A stretch of DNA of 63,104 nt, filler included, from Choristocarpus tenellus KU-1152 (GCA_964200185.2; 11 parts of 11 records of this genome joined end to end with filler, not necessarily neighbours in it), one strand, 5' to 3'; shown: positions 36,880-51,353, counted from the whole stretch's first letter. Numbers and translations: made by a program. The notes: generated by a model not told the origin, from the sequence alone.

Positions 36880-38950
36880 TCGCAATGGCGGACAAGAAGA
36901 AAGCGAAGTAGCGCAGCCAACTATAAAAAAGGTTGTTGACCCTAGTTAGAAAGTCGAGACAACTACGAGAAACAAAGCACCATCAGAGAAGTGTAGATTG
37001 AGAGGGAGGATATTTCAATATCCCGAAACTTGCAGAATCTTAGGACCGTCGAAAAGGCAAATACACCCTTGGCGGTTCGCTTGAACACGAGTGCGGCGTC
37101 ACGATGCCAGGGGGACGCCCTTAAACGTAACGCGGACTAGAGTCACCGTCAAGTGTTGGCCGAAGATGACAAGTATAAAGAGGACCGGAGGTTCGAAGTC
37201 GATGATAACTTCTTCATTCAAGTCGGATTTGTCACACGCAGTTTGGGAGTTGGAGAGAGTAGAGCTCAGTCTCACTGCTGCGACCCTTGCAAGGATAAAC
37301 CAGCAACGGATAAGATGAGCACATTCACCCATTCTACCCCGACCACATTCCCTGGGGCTATGCAATTGATCCCTTGTTCATGAAGCATCTTTCTCACAAG
37401 GAAGTTCTGCATGAGTTCTGGACCACAAGATTTGTCCTATTCCCTTATTGCCAAATTTCAAAAATGGGTTGAACCTTACGTTCACGCTTGTATCTGCAAC
37501 GACCGCAAAGGTCATTCGATTGGTTGACTTTTATCCACAATCGAAGCATGTGCTACCCTCGCGGAAATCTCTATTATTCCTTACATGAACTGCTGGAGGA
37601 TAACATTGAACCACAGGAGGAGAGAAGCGAGGAATGATAATATTTTGGGATGCCTTGCTGATTCTGCTTCCCCAGAATGAATAAGGATCAGGTGTACACG
37701 TGGTGTGATATCTAAGGGCTTGTTATCTAGATCAAGAAACTGTAAAAACTAGTTTACAACTTAAGAATAGCACAAGGTTAGCAAACCATAACTTGCCACA
37801 AGCCGGAAATGTAACCACTGTTGCATTTGCTATAGTTTACTCCTCATGACCTTTCTTGGATGTGGGTGAGAGCATTTCTCAGACTAGAATATGTTGTTCC
37901 ACTCTTTCATACTGTTGGCACATATCAAGTTGTGATAGTGACTCAGCCTCTCCTTGCGTTCTGAATGTTGGATATCTTGCCGCGTAAGGTCCTCAGTATG
38001 TGAAGTATTGAACCCTTTTTGAACGTTACCGCTGGTACTGTTGCATTATCAGACTGAAAATCCATCACCTCATAATATTTCGATTTCGGTGATCACATCT
38101 GAATTCACCAAACCACTGCATACAGAAAAAAAGATATACCTTCCCCCTGGTACGGAAACTCTTGTCCCAGTTTGTTCCCAGGTAGTCACAGGAACGGCTA
38201 CTGGTGTAGTTGTTGAACCTACCTCCCTTACTGGAAAATATCTCTTCAATAAGAAGACGACATATATCTCCACCGGCAACATATTATGGTCAGTCGAACC
38301 CTCAGTGTTTGGACAGAAGATGGAGGATGTTTAGTCAAAATGACAAATCCTGAAGTTCTAGCCATTATCCAATATGATCCGACTGGAGGCATATTATATA
38401 TACCTGGCAGACCCCAGCAATTCAACAGTACCCAATAGGGAAGCGGCCTAAACCATGTCATATTTTCACAGAGAGAGAGAGAGAGAGAGAGAGTACACTT
38501 TACTCTACCGATCTTATCAACCCCCGGCCATCTTCTTGAGAGCAGAGAATTTCGCGATCAGTTGGTAGCCCCAACAAAAGTCCAGGGTTTACTTTGTACA
38601 TGCCCTATGTGACCATAAGTTGCAGGCCATCTTGCTTTCAAGCACAATATTGACTTTGTAAGAGACAGATTTTGGCAGTCGAACTTCCGCAAAGATATTA
38701 GGAGGTGGTGTGAAACTCGATAGTCATGTCAGAGACAGAAGCCCACCCATACTCCTACGCCACTAACCTACAGGACATATGCCTGTTACATGTCCGTTTC
38801 AACAGCTTGCTATTGACATAAGTTAAATATAAGACCAGACGGTGCAAAATATTTGTTATCTGCTGCAGACCATCTTACAAGATTCACAATCTTGGTTTGG
38901 CATTGCAAGTAAGCAAGAAAAAAACGTGGCTAAAGCTGTGCAAAATAGGA
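36880..38950 (+). mobile_element. Second, internally deleted Ty3/Gypsy relic (beta-rich linker and integrase)
   Basis: KKIYLPPGTETLVPV..GVVVEP at ~38125. Integrase zinc-binding and core motifs VAGHLAF..VRDRFWQSNFRKDIRRWCETR*SCQRQK and GAKYLLSAADHLTRFTILV at ~38615-38900. The 5' boundary is approximate. Confidence 0.75.
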
Positions 38951-39195
38951 CAATAGTGAGGTGTATCTTATTTTATGTATGAGAGATGTAACTAATGAGA
39001 TAGTTCATCCGGATTATGAATGGGATTATTTATGGGTTTTTATTCTGCATTCAACTACTTTGACATCACCGTTGACTTTTGTAGGAAGCACAAAATAATC
39101 ATAAAACAAGCAATAAGAAGATACTCCACAAAGGTCACTCTTCTAATTTCAAGAATGTAATCACATTCAGCAATGGGGAACCGTGTGAGGCTCCA

Positions 39196-39243
39196 GATCC
39201 AAAGTATCTGGGAGGGGGGGGGGGTCTACACAGATCGGAAAGC
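39196..39243. mobile_element. MITE family B terminus, truncated by the contig end
   Basis: gatccaaagtatctgggagggggggggggtctacac. Confidence 0.8.
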
Positions 39244-39569
39244 NNNNNNNNNNNNNNNNNNNNNNNNNNNNNNNNNNNNNNNNNNNNTTAATTAATTAAN
39301 NNNNNNNNNNNNNNNNNNNNNNNNNNNNNNNNNNNNNNNNNNNGTGTGAGGCTTCACACCTTCTTATCTTCACTACTAACAAATAGCATTACCTCCCAAG
39401 GTAATTTGCACAGCCCCCAGATACTTTGAGCATGCAGTAACGCTCCGCCCAAACCCGGCTCTTCAGAGCTGAACAAAGAAAATTGATGTTGAGATCCAGC
39501 GATTGCACTGGCTGCGTTCAGCTTCTGCACTGTGCCCTTGCCCGTATGCAGGGTTGCACCATCATGCGG

Positions 39570-40716
39570 TATGGAGAATACCCTGTTCCAGCCATGGAGT
39601 TTTTCTTTTGTCACTGGCAACAGCTGCCCCATGTATCACTCCAGGTACCACTTGGCATCAGTGGTGACGTCGACCTCATACTCCTCATCATTCATGTGCT
39701 GTGCTGTAGTCCATTGCATCTCCTTCTTGATGCAAGCCTGCCAGATCCAGATCTTGCTTTCAAAATTATGGGAAGCTAGCATTCTCACTCACGGCCTTTG
39801 ATCACCCGACCTTGGGTGCGAAATGGCAGAGGTGAACATCACTCTGGGAATGTGACTCTTGTGCTGCACCTTTGTCGAGCCCATCTTTTCCTCCCCGGGA
39901 ATATGCGCACCATCTCTCGTTCGTGGATGAGGTAGAACCAAACCTTGTCGATGTTGAATGGTGTTGAGGCCAGTCCTGTAGCTTTTGCGGTTGTGGGAGA
40001 TCTGGTTGAGGATGAAGTCCATCCTGTTCTTGTGAGAAAGCGAAAGGCTAGGGGTGACAAGCTGCTGAACCCTTGTTGCCCCCATGGCTTTGAGCCAGCA
40101 ATGAAGCTTTGAGCTGCCAACTGTGAGGCCAACTTCGGCGAGCTTGGTGGAAAGTTGGTCGATAGTCAGGGTGCGAAAACTGGCGTTGATTTCTTGGATC
40201 TTTGCTTGTTTGATTAGCGTGAAGTCTGATGGCTGTCCAGATCCTGCTTGTGACTTCAGGGAGAAAGTATTCCCCCAAACTGTTCTTTGACGTGTGGCCA
40301 CACTCGTCTAGGATGTCTCTCTTCCACTCCAAACTCTTTCGCCAATTTAGACCCCACACCCCTCGGGAACCTCTCGTGACCCGGAGGAAGAGCTAATGCG
40401 TAACACAGAGCAAGTGCTGTCCGACCTTCCTCGGTCAGCTCGCAGTTCTTTCCCTGAGACGGTGGGCTTCATGCCTGGGATGATGGGCTGTGGGGGCTTG
40501 CCATGGGAGTTTACAGAGTGTCGTGCGGCTCCGCGCTGCAGCAGGAACATGATTTTTTCGGAAACCATTTCAGAACATAATTCTTTGTAGAATTCTTTGA
40601 AATTTAGTTTTTCAATGTAAAATATTCCAAGGAATCCAATACAAGAGTCCGTTTTGTAATCGGAGGTCATCCCGAAGAGCTACACCAAAAGGCCCAGACC
40701 TATGGGACAGAGGGAA
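39570..40716 (-). mobile_element. Degenerate plant-type mariner transposon with left TIR
   Basis: Minus strand reads NRMDFILNQI..IDKVWFYL..KVQHKSHIPRVMFTSAISHP..FESKIWIWQAC..EYEVDVTTDAKWY..LLP..KEKLPWL. TIR ta-ttccctctgtcccata lies at 40701-40718 (minus). Confidence 0.9.
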
Positions 40717-42059
40717 TACGTACAGTAGTAGGATCCAGACATATGCAACACAAGAATTGATGGCACAGTTATAAAAAAGCGAGAAAAACACTCTTCGCAA
40801 CGTTCCGTACACTCTTACTACATAATAGTGTATTCAAAGATATTTGCACCTTGAGCATAGAGGGAGAGTGTCAGAATGCTTTCCCGTCATCTCGTGTTGG
40901 CAACGAGTCTCAAGGGTCAGAGAGGAGAGCTTTTAAAAACATGATTGGTTAGCAGCCTCAGCAGAAGAGTAGTCGAGGCTTCCAGTCTATGCTCTTCGAA
41001 AAGTGTAAGAAATTCTAGTGAACACTATTTTTTTTTACTATCTGTTGGGCATATTGTAGGTCGCTGTACCTTCTCCATATTCCGTGGTTTAGTCAAGAAT
41101 GTTTAAGGACAACTTGAAAATTAAACATTTGTAGCATGTTTCGATTGACCCCCCAGTTTGACACGTAGGACCAAGTCCACAACTTCCCTCCCACCCAAAC
41201 TTCCTCCTACTTCCCTCTCCCAAACCTCTCTAGATATTGTACGTAACAACCACTCACCAACACACAAAATAATGACAAGGAAATATTAACCTTGTACTCT
41301 GGAATATGTGTCGCACAACAGTGTTCTCAAGTACATACGAACAGGTAGCAGTGGATGCCTCTATCTGCAGGCACCCAATAAACAAGTCATATATATTTCA
41401 GCGTAGGGATACTCGTTGACCTGAAATTATACAACTGTGGAATTTCCTTTGGTGTGGGAATTTGAATTAAAAACGGTCAAGGCACATTTTCGAAAACTAT
41501 ACGTTTATATATAAATGGAGTAGGATATTGTTGTTTGTATTTCCCATGCCGCAGTCAAGATTAATATCAACTTCACATATGTTACTTTGAAGAGAACCTG
41601 TGTGCTTAAAGCTTGACCTTACAAAACTTCAGTCCTGACCATGGGGCACCAAATTATTACTTGTTTGCATATCACACATGTGGCCATAGGCTTCTAACGA
41701 CTCTTCTGTGTGAGTGTGAGTGTGCAATATTTACTCGACATTTCCTTCTTCCAAAACGGGAAAAGCACGATTGCCCGAATCGCTCGTCAATGTACGACAA
41801 GGAAAGACCACACAACAAGAATATCCGAGCAGATGGTAAGGCAAAATAGGAAAACATTTCGTGTTGACCATTAGAGAATAATGGTCGCTACTTGGTTAAT
41901 ATATCTCCACTACCCCTTATTTGATCTTGACAAGAGGTCTCCTTGTTCTAAACTCTAAAAAAGGTGATCTGGTCATTCTCCTTTTCTATGAGATAAGAAC
42001 CTGAGGTGCAGTGGTACACACATCATCAATCATATTTTTCAACTCCTAGGTCTTATATT

Positions 42060-42240
42060 GACCCAAAGTATCTAGAGGGGGGGTGGGGTCTACACCAGAG
42101 GTCCATTTTGTCCAAAACCAGGAAAAGTGCACTTTTGTTATCCATCCAACGTATGGAACCAAATCACCCAAAAATCTTGACATGAAAAAATTGACCTCAA
42201 ATGGACAGCCGCCACCCCCCCGAAAAGTAATTTTTGAGTC
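42060..42240. mobile_element. MITE family B, full copy (181 bp), 3-bp TSD ATT
   Basis: att|gacccaaagtatctagaggggggg ... gccaccccccc.aaaagtaatttttgagtc|att. Confidence 0.88.
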
Positions 42241-42279
42241 ATTTGTTACCAACGACTGGACTAGATATTTACTTTACCT

Positions 42280-42780
42280 TACACCTATGAAGAGGAATAA
42301 AAACTGCACCTGGAGGTGGATATGCAGACAAAGGGTTTTTTAATCACCGTTCTTAGATAATACTTTACAATTACTTGATACATGTCGAGTTCTTGAACAC
42401 TACTTCCAACCACAATTGATGCAATGTTTTCAGTGAGGTACTATCAGGGGTTTCCATAGAGCGCACTCAGTTGATGAGTCTCCAGAAATACTTTTCCCAG
42501 CAAAACATGAGGTAGGTTTGTGCCAGACTCAACATCCATGCCCTATCATATAGGAAGTTTCACACACACTTTGAGCCCATCGAAGCAACCAGCTATACTC
42601 ATTTTCGAAGTTCAATAGTTTGGGGATATCAACAAAGAGGTGCACAGCAGTACACTAGTATCATGTGGATATAAGGCATTGTAGGCTATTCTGTCAATCT
42701 CAGCATTGCTTGTGAACTGTGAGTCATCAATCATTTTGCTTAGCAATATAGTGGAGGTTTCAAAAAGGTCCAACCTATCT
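42280..42780 (-). pseudogene. Possible PIF/Harbinger transposase trace
   Basis: Minus strand SIAGCFDGLKVCVKLP resembles CxGAxDGxxIxIxxP, and downstream SAYP resembles DSAYP. The rest is unreadable. Confidence 0.3.
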
Positions 42781-42830
42781 TAGAAGAAGGTTGATTTAAA
42801 TACTCCTACCTGACACCACATTACCATACT

Positions 42831-42990
42831 GGCTCAAAAGATCAGGGGGGGGGTTGGCAGCTGTCCATTTGGGGCCCATTTTTATATATCGCGATTTTTG
42901 AGTGATTTGATTGCATGCGTCAGATGGATAGTGTAAGTGCACTTTTCCTGGTCAGGGCCCGAATGAACACCCTGGTGTAGACCCCCCCCC
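42831..42990. mobile_element. MITE family B copy, diverged, truncated by the contig end
   Basis: ggctcaaaagatcagggggggg..gctgtccatttgggg..cgcgatttttgagtgatttg..gtgcacttttcctgg..ctggtgtagacccc. Confidence 0.82.
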
Positions 42991-43871
42991 NNNNNNNNNN
43001 NNNNNNNNNNNNNNNNNNNNNNNNNNNNNNNNNNTTAATTAATTAANNNNNNNNNNNNNNNNNNNNNNNNNNNNNNNNNNNNNNNNNNNNGGTTGTTGCC
43101 CGGGGGCCCCCCGTGGGGGGGAAAATAACCCCCCTGTCAAGGTGTTGTAGTTATTTTATCCCCCCCCCCCCCCTGCTCCCTCATCTCTCTGAAGTTCCCC
43201 CTATCCCCCTTGCCCTTGCATCTCCCAGCGAAACTTGCACCAACTGTCAGGATGTGCAGGGGAAGAGCAAGGAAACACAACACCAATGGTCAGTGTAGAT
43301 AGCAACCTGAAAGGAAAGATGGATGACATTGACAAAGGTGTGTAATCAGGAAAAAATTGGAACATTTAAGTTGAATATCCCCATCCCACAATGGTTAATC
43401 TCGTATGCCCTATTCTATCCTGTTAAATTTGTATGTAGTAGTGTTCTGGTCATCTTTGATTGTCAGTTACCTGTTATTTGGAAAAAATATGTAAGTTTGT
43501 GGAGGTTATGAAGATAACATATTTTTTCTGTCATGACCTATCCAACACGGTGCCATGCATGCTGCCTAATTCCACTGAACTCAGGTCGTGCTTTTCCAAA
43601 TCCCCAACTCCTTATACTCCCTCAGCTCTGTTTGGTTCACAATACCTTAAATGGACTTTACCCCAAACAATTACACTGTTGTGACATGGTCTGACTTCTT
43701 ACCTTTTTTACCCAACCTCAGCTGCAGAAACTATGTTGAGGGTTACACTCTAGTCACATTGTCTTTCTTTGAAGTTTTCATGAGTGAGAAGAATCCATAC
43801 ATCCTGTGGACTTTCTAAATAACGGGTAGCCGACCCCAAACGTTTACCAATATTCTGGCATTGTTTTAAAC

Positions 43872-46814
43872 ATGGGGTTGGGGAATGCATTATCAGCAGA
43901 TGGCAGAGGCGCATGGCCACACAAAGTTAGGACAGGAGCTAGCCTCAAAACCAAGATCGAAACCAGCAGTGGGACTGGAGCGGAGGTCAGAGCCAGAACC
44001 AAGCTTGGCTACAGGGCAGGGTCTGAGCCTGGATCTCAGCCCAGAACTAGAGATGTAGCCAGTAGTGGACCTGGGAGTATGTACTGGACCAGGTATGAGT
44101 CTGGGGCTGCAGCTAATGCTGAACCTGCTCCCAGCAAACCTGATGCGAGGGCAGGTTCAAGAAAAAATCAAAATAGAGGAGGTGAGGGGAGCACTGGTGA
44201 TGGTCCTGATAGTGGTGATAAACTTGCCACGCTTGATGGTCTGGTCAAGGAATTGCCCTCAATTGTGCGGGGTTGCTCACAGTTGCTGGAGTTGAGGGGG
44301 GAGGTGGGGGAGGACATGAGGGAGGCATTGGATTCTATGGCTTGTAGGGCGAGCCCAGTGCTTCTGGCTGCCATGGAGGCGTACCAAGTGAACAAGGATG
44401 TGGAGGTGGGTCAGGAAAGGAAGATTTAGGGTAGGAGGGGGAGAGAGAGCTGGGGAGTTGAAGGTGCTGCTGTATTAGGATGGAAAGAGTGATCGTAGTA
44501 GATATTTTTTGTGGATGGGATATATTGGTGAAACTTGGGAAAAATTAAAATATAAGGGATGGAAGAGAGAAAACATGAAATGGTTCAAAATGTCTACCAA
44601 AGAAGATGAAGAAGATGGAGTACATTGCTTTTGAAGTAGACAATGAAAGGATGATATTTTTTTTATTGAAGCTGAGAAGTGGAATATGCATAGATGCTTT
44701 TTATGCTCTTCAGTAGAGGTTGTCTACTATTGCCTGCAGAATTGTCTTTATGGGTGTAGTGTGGCACTTAGGACATCTATTTGTCATCTTAATCTACAAT
44801 ATATATATATATATTCTTTGCTCTTGTTTCTTGAACACCTGTACCATCTTTTTCACTTACTTTAAAGGTGCTTACTATTACCCTTATCCATAGTGTACAT
44901 TGACTACTCCACTCTTGGCAAGTAATCTTTCAGATCACTCAAGTGATGTCATTGTAGCCTCTATCTTACTGTCTGCAACCAGTTTGGGTTTGTCTCCCCC
45001 TACCCCCCTACCCCCCTCTGCTCCTCCACCCAGCTTTGAGTTATCCTAATGATTATCGCTCTGTAGTGATCAAACCATACAGTACATTCATATTATAGAA
45101 TAAAATGTGTGTGTTGCAAACCAGACATTACTCTCGGACATCTGAAGAGTTGTGGTGCATACAGAATTTTCACTGGGGATGTAGAGGCGCTCAATGTAAG
45201 GCTCCAGTTCAATATCTTGCTACACTTTTGTACAGTACAGTACACTTCGGTACTGTGGTACAACCACCAATGAGCTATATAGCACCGAAAAAGTTAAGGA
45301 AGAACAAAATGTGGTACTATTTTAATGCAATGAGTAGTAGAATCGTGTTGGTTAGTATCATGCCAGTTCTTTTTTGTTTCATACCCTATGGACAGAGTGA
45401 CTTCAGTGCACAACCTTCCAGAGGCGCTATGGCATCCATTATCCCTCTCCCTCGTCCCCTCCTTTCTCAACACTTTATTCCCCTCGAAATTTCCTCCCAG
45501 GATCTCCTTGACACCCTCAAGAATGCAGCGGAAATAGAACTTCACTTCATGGAAATAGCACCATCAACATCATCGTCATCATCTTCAGAATCCTCCCATC
45601 CCCGGTCAAGGGTGAGTATCATGGACTGGGGGGGGGGGGAGATTTCAGAAATGGGATGTGCTGCGGACGAAGAGGTTCCAGGTGCAGAGGAGGCAGAGGA
45701 ACTTGGCAATCACCACGAAATAGGAGAGGGAAGAGAGAGAGGAGGTGATCTCATCAAGCAGAGTGTGTAGTGAAGTGGTTTGTACACGGGGGATTAGAGG
45801 AGGTTGACATGAAAGAGATGAACAGGTGGTGGCGCAAGGGTTTCCATGTGTCTGTTGGCGATGCTTCGGCAGAGTTGCTTTTGAGGGGATAATGGTATTG
45901 CATGTGACTGGGTAGTGACTTATGATTGAAATTTGCTGTTGTATTGAGGTGTGGGAGAAGAAGGAGGATAGTTCTTTGGCCTTGTGTGCTGAAGTTTGTG
46001 GGATGGTTGCTTTCTATAATAAATTGGTTGATCTGTTGGCATAGGAATATCATATTCCTGTGATTGTGCATTATTTTTAGTTTAGAAGAGGAACTGTAGA
46101 CATGCTGCTATGATACCATTATGATAAATATGCAATGGATGACCAATGAACAGCTGTAGTACAGGAAGTATTTTTTGGAATCCTTCAAATCTATTTTATA
46201 TAATGTCATTTGGCAAGTGCTTTTATGTTGAGGTGCTGTTTCCTGAACCATAGGGTTACACTGGTGCTGTGTAATCCCCCTCCCACCCCCATCCCCCTGT
46301 TCACGCCTTGTCCACCTCCTCAAGATTTCCCTCTACTCTCTCTCTACTCTCTCTCTATCATAACATACCCCAATGGGAAATCAGCAGGGACTGATGATTT
46401 CAGTGTCAGGGCGTGGGATATAGAAAATTGCAACAGACCGCTCGATGAAACTCACTCTTCTGAAGGGGAACTTGGTACTGCAAACAATGAAGTTGGAGGC
46501 ATCGCCGAGTCACAGGCTTCACCTTGGCCTCGACACAATGGTAGGAGTGGGGACAGGGGTTTGCACGAGGTCTGCAATAGAGGGAGAGGAGGTGGTACTG
46601 CCAGGAGCAGCCTCTGGAGGGACAACTCCTTGGATGGGGACGAGGGGAGTGGGGGAGGAGATAGAGGAGGAGGCTCTGTTGGGTCAGGTTCAGAGGGGAG
46701 AGCTGTGACTGCTGCCAGGGGTTGGGGGGGGGGGGGGCGGGGGGGGTTGTTGCGGGGGGCAAAGCAGATGCACTTGCAGAGGCCGGGTTTGCGGGGAGGA
46801 AGGGGGGGGCAAAG
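43872..46814 (+). CDS. Spliced hypothetical protein (partial): exons ~43872/43900-44405, 45501-~45744, ~46385->46814
   Basis: Phase-0 intron gag|gtgggt (44406) ... cctcccag|gat (45500) joins VLLAAMEAYQVNKDVE to DLLDTLKNAAEIEL. Flanks are Gly/Ser/acidic low-complexity. The junction of exons 2 and 3 is less certain (alternative donor at 45612). Confidence 0.7.
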
Positions 46815-47245
46815 NNNNNNNNNNNNNNNNNNNNNNNNNNNNNNNNNNNNNNNNNNNNTTAATTAATTAANNNNNNNNNNNNNNNNNNNNNNNNNNNNNN
46901 NNNNNNNNNNNNNNTGGGGGTACGGAACAAGTAGGGCTAGAACAAGACAACCTCTGAGCAATCTCTCCCACCCACCCACCCTTTCACTTGCTCACGACCG
47001 ACTGGGATGTTGGGTGGGGGGCGGAAGGTCAAGTTCAGGCGGGATAGATGTCTTCTAGTTCAAAGGCACGGTATGTAATGGATGATGAAGGGGTATTCTT
47101 GGATTATTGTAGAGTGTTGTGTGGTGGTGTTGAGTGGTGTAGGGGAGTGGAAAGTGGGAAAAAGTGTTGGGGTTTTGAGTTGTGTTGAATGGTGTAGTGG
47201 GGTGGTAAGTGGTGTGGGGTTGAGTAGGGTTGAAGGGTGGGGTGG

Positions 47246-47410
47246 TGACTGGAAATCAGTGGCGAAGGGATCGAACTGGTTGGTCATCAGATGTGGTTTG
47301 TGACTGGAAATCAGTGGCGAAGGGGTCGCACTGTTTGGTCATCGGGTGTGGGGGGCTACTGGTATTCAGTGGCGAAGGGGGTTCACATTGGTTGGTCGTC
47401 AGAGGTGGGT
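47246..47410. repeat. ~55-bp tandem repeat x3
   Basis: actgg.a.tcagtggcgaaggg..c..a.tg.ttggtc.tc.g..gtgg occurs three times. Confidence 0.88.
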
Positions 47411-48137
47411 GAGCAAACCAAAATATGTTCATAAGATCACTGCAGATTACAGAAACCTTACATACAATGCACAGTATTTCCTAGTATTTAAAGTATTAAT
47501 CTGGACAAATACATTGTAGAACTCTAATCGATATAAAGAGCATTACTTCCTGTTGACGTTTTCTTCACATGCATTTGTTTGAGGGGTCAGAAACCTGTGA
47601 TCAAAGGGTAGGCAAAGGAAAAGCAGTTCCACATCAGACAATTATCGAAAAACACATGGAAATCCAAAAACAAAAAAGAAAAAACCCAGGAAAGACTAAG
47701 AATAGGGAAAGCTAGGACGCTCAATGGGTAGGTATGGTCGGATAGTAGGGATCTGTAGGAGAGCCTTCTTTTCGCCTTTTCAAACACTTGTACGTCCCTC
47801 CACTCTCTAACGCATGGGAACCCGTCAATTCAGAGGGTCTTATCTATCGCAGTCACAGCCAACCAAACAGAAGATAAGGTCAAAAACCTACACTCCTCTA
47901 TGATACTTTGACTTTGCCCATGTATGCCATCCCTCGGCCGTGATCTCAAACTTTTCAAGATCGTCGGGCAAACACGTACACCAGTGCTTTCCCCCCCTCT
48001 TCCCTTAGTTCTGCTTTCCAAGTTTTCTGCTATCGATGCCTTTTGGTAGTTAGTTGGTCATCTCCCATGCATGCAACTGACCCTATGAAAAAAAGCCTCT
48101 CTTTTTCGTCTTCATAGGGACATCTCTTTTGACAAAT

Positions 48138-48396
48138 GGGTGAAAGTATCTTACAGGGTACGAGTTTTTCCCTGTTTGTCCATTTGGGACTTGGCTTCCC
48201 ATGTTTTTTTTATGACATTTTACCTACTCCAAAATATTTCGGAGTAGGTAAAATGTTTATGTTTTGAAAAGGTGTGTCTGGAGCAAGGATATTGACATCT
48301 CCTAACAAACATGATAACCAAAATTACATCAAAATTGCAACATCGGATTTTGGTCCCCAAATGGACACCGCTCTACCCTCTAAGATACTTTGACTC
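48138..48396 (+). mobile_element. MITE family A, full copy, flanked by AAAT/AAAT
   Basis: aaat|gggtgaaagtatcttacagggta ... taccctctaagatactttgactc|aaat. Confidence 0.92.
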
Positions 48397-49493
48397 AAAT
48401 CTATGATTGGTGCATTCCCATCTTCGAAATTCGATGCTGCACAATAGGACTATGGTGGTGGTAACAGTGGGTTTCATAAGTGGACCTGGTGGAATGTCTA
48501 TTTCACACAACCACATTTAGGACCTCAAATGCTTCTGCCTTGAGCATTGGATCTTAACCCCAAGTGCGATGCCTGTAGCTTTGTCACAAGTACCTTGATT
48601 GTAGATACTAGCAGAAGCAGCCTCAGGCCTTTTGAACCCATCACTTGATCTTGGTGGTAATCACAGCACCAGTGCCTAGGATATGTGTGTCACAGACTAA
48701 TCAATGATGTCCTTCACTCCACTCGTGTACAATCTCAGATAAGTTCCATTCAACTTCTCACAGGTTTGTAGCAGGGAAGGGTTAGGGTTAGGTAGAGCCA
48801 AAAATCGCAACAAAACCGCCAGAAACACTTTGTTCTATAGATATTATTAGTATTGCCTTCATTTTAGTTGGACTAGCCTAACCTAGAGTGACCTACTACG
48901 CTCTCAAATGCTGATAATCATCTTGTACTTCTGTGACATCACTATCCCCTTGAATGTCCACCACCATACCAAATATAGGGTTTTCAGTATTGGCAGTACG
49001 GTACGACTCTGAAAGAAACCGATTGACGGTATGTGCTATTTTGTGTATACCTTCCGATATATATATATATATATATAAGTTGGTGTTATACCTTGTAATA
49101 ATGCCAATCCGCCCAAATCCCCAATATCTGGTTGGCTGACAATGTTCTCAATATATCATTGGTACCCTGATGTCCGCTAATCACTGCACCAGTTATCATC
49201 AACTACGAAATATACTGCCTCTGCATTGCAAAAATACTACCACTGGTATACTTCTGGCAGTTTACAGTTAAATGGATTACTAAGAGTGAAAAACAGAGAG
49301 GTTATTGCATGCCTACATGGAGCATCATGCTAAAAAATAGGAATATTTGAGTGTATTGGATGCCTACATGCAGCAGTCTGTATTTAAGTCGGAGGCAACA
49401 ACATGATAGTTGCTGGCAATGGATGCAATCTTGCTGTTGCCAAGAGACCCCGTTGACTGGCGTCTCCACTGCAGTCCTCAAGACCTTGCCCCT

Positions 49494-51316
49494 TCAGAAC
49501 GGCACCACAGGGTCAAGTAACCTGCGCCCTGTTGGATCTACGCTCCCAGGACGGCAGACATTTGCAGTGGGGCATAAGCCCGAGCACTTTGAGTCACCAA
49601 GGTCTGTGCTGGCTCCAAAGGTACCCCTGGGGCAGGGGTGTGCAGTTGGTGACTTACTTCCTTCCGGGCAGTAGTGCCCCTGTTCAGGAAGTATATGAGT
49701 TTTCAGGGTGCAGTCATAGGAGGCATCTGCAGCGGGATCAAATTCTCATCATGCAGTTGCATTGATCAATCATAGTGGCAATAATAATAACAGTAGTCCA
49801 GAGTACTTCTGTGTGTGACTGGCATGGCGGGGATCTAAATTATGTAAGAAGGAGTTACCTCACACCGTTGTTCTAGTGGTTGAGGTGAAAATATTAATGA
49901 AGAGATTGGTATGTGGAGTAAGTACAAGTGATTTGTAGGGAATGGACAGGGGGGGGCACAAAAAAAGGGATAGTAAGTTCAAGGGCACACACGAGCTTCA
50001 ACATGGCAAAGAAGTTCTGAGATTTGAAAGGATGTGAATATGACGGGGAGGAGTGTTTGGCAGTGTTTGGTGGCACAAGATTTGACATAAGGACTCTTTT
50101 TTTGACGTGGAGGCAGGCAAGCGCCTCCTTTTGGGCATTGGCGATGGCAGAAGGGATTTGTGTTAGCTAGACGGGCTAAATAGGAAATGTTTGAGAATGG
50201 TTCTTACACAACAGACTATCAGCTGTGGGCTTGTGGTCAGTGGAGAGTGGCCGAGGATTCAAATAATTTATTTTCAGTTACAAGGTAAACTAGAGAGTAG
50301 ATTGCATCGCCATATGCATCATGAAATGAAGATGCTAGCCCTCCACAGTGTGCCTGAAAATCTGCTGAGGTCAGTCACCACTCCACATCTATCAGTATTG
50401 CGAAACATGGTGTATGCCTTTTCGTGGTGTTGGAAACCCTTATTATCTTCTGCAATGGTTGTACATTTGACCAATCATACTAGAGTGCAACACAAAAACA
50501 CCTTGAAGATGGCATGTAGAAATGTGGGTAGCCAACAGAGTAGGAATTCCTATTTTCCTACACCTAACCTAGTAAGGGGGTGCAAATTGACCCAGATAAC
50601 CCTATGTGTCATAAAATATTAAAGGCCTAAGCCTGCAGAACGTGTTTGTTGTCAAGACATGAGAAACACCCACAAGGTCTACAGCCTGTGTAGATAGCTA
50701 CTCCAGAGTAATAGACAATACCTCTCTTCTTCGTTGGGCTGTCTGTAGCCACTAACATTGCAGTTTCACAACAACTCACCATTGCGCACTTGCCGGAACA
50801 TCTTGATGGAGAAGGGTGTATGCTCCAAGTTCCTGCTGGGCAAGGGAACTTCTCTCCTCCGATGCAATAGTTCCCAGCCCCACAAGGTAGCTGTTGTGTA
50901 CGTGTCATGGATGTATTTGTACCAGCTGTGTAGTATCCTAAAAATCGCCGAGAGAAAATGAAACATTTTGTGCACAGTTAGGCCTTTTTACTGGGAGCAA
51001 AGTGATAATCACTTTGGGAATATGTGATGCCCTGTGAGCTCCGTTTTTTTCTGTACCAGTATGTAGAAATACATCGTGGTTCTTGTTCCGAAAATACTAG
51101 GCACTCAGTAGTAAAATGTGGAAAGTTGAAGGCCTTCAAACCCTTTGACAGTGAATGTAAACTTAAAGAGAGTGCTGTAGCACTTTGAGAGGCTTTCAAA
51201 AGTCACAGAATCTCGTAGGATTGTGTGAGAGCATCACTCGGTTCATTCCCTACATGTAGTTATACACACATTAAAATCAGATGTGCCGGTTGAAGTGTTA
51301 GCTGAACCGCATTTGA

Positions 51317-51353
<37 letters not shown>

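Noticed and set aside
35785-38950. One continuous Gypsy element across the 36007-36106 gap
   Set aside because: The right contig starts with an unrelated foldback element and has its own pre-RT linker region, so it is a separate element.
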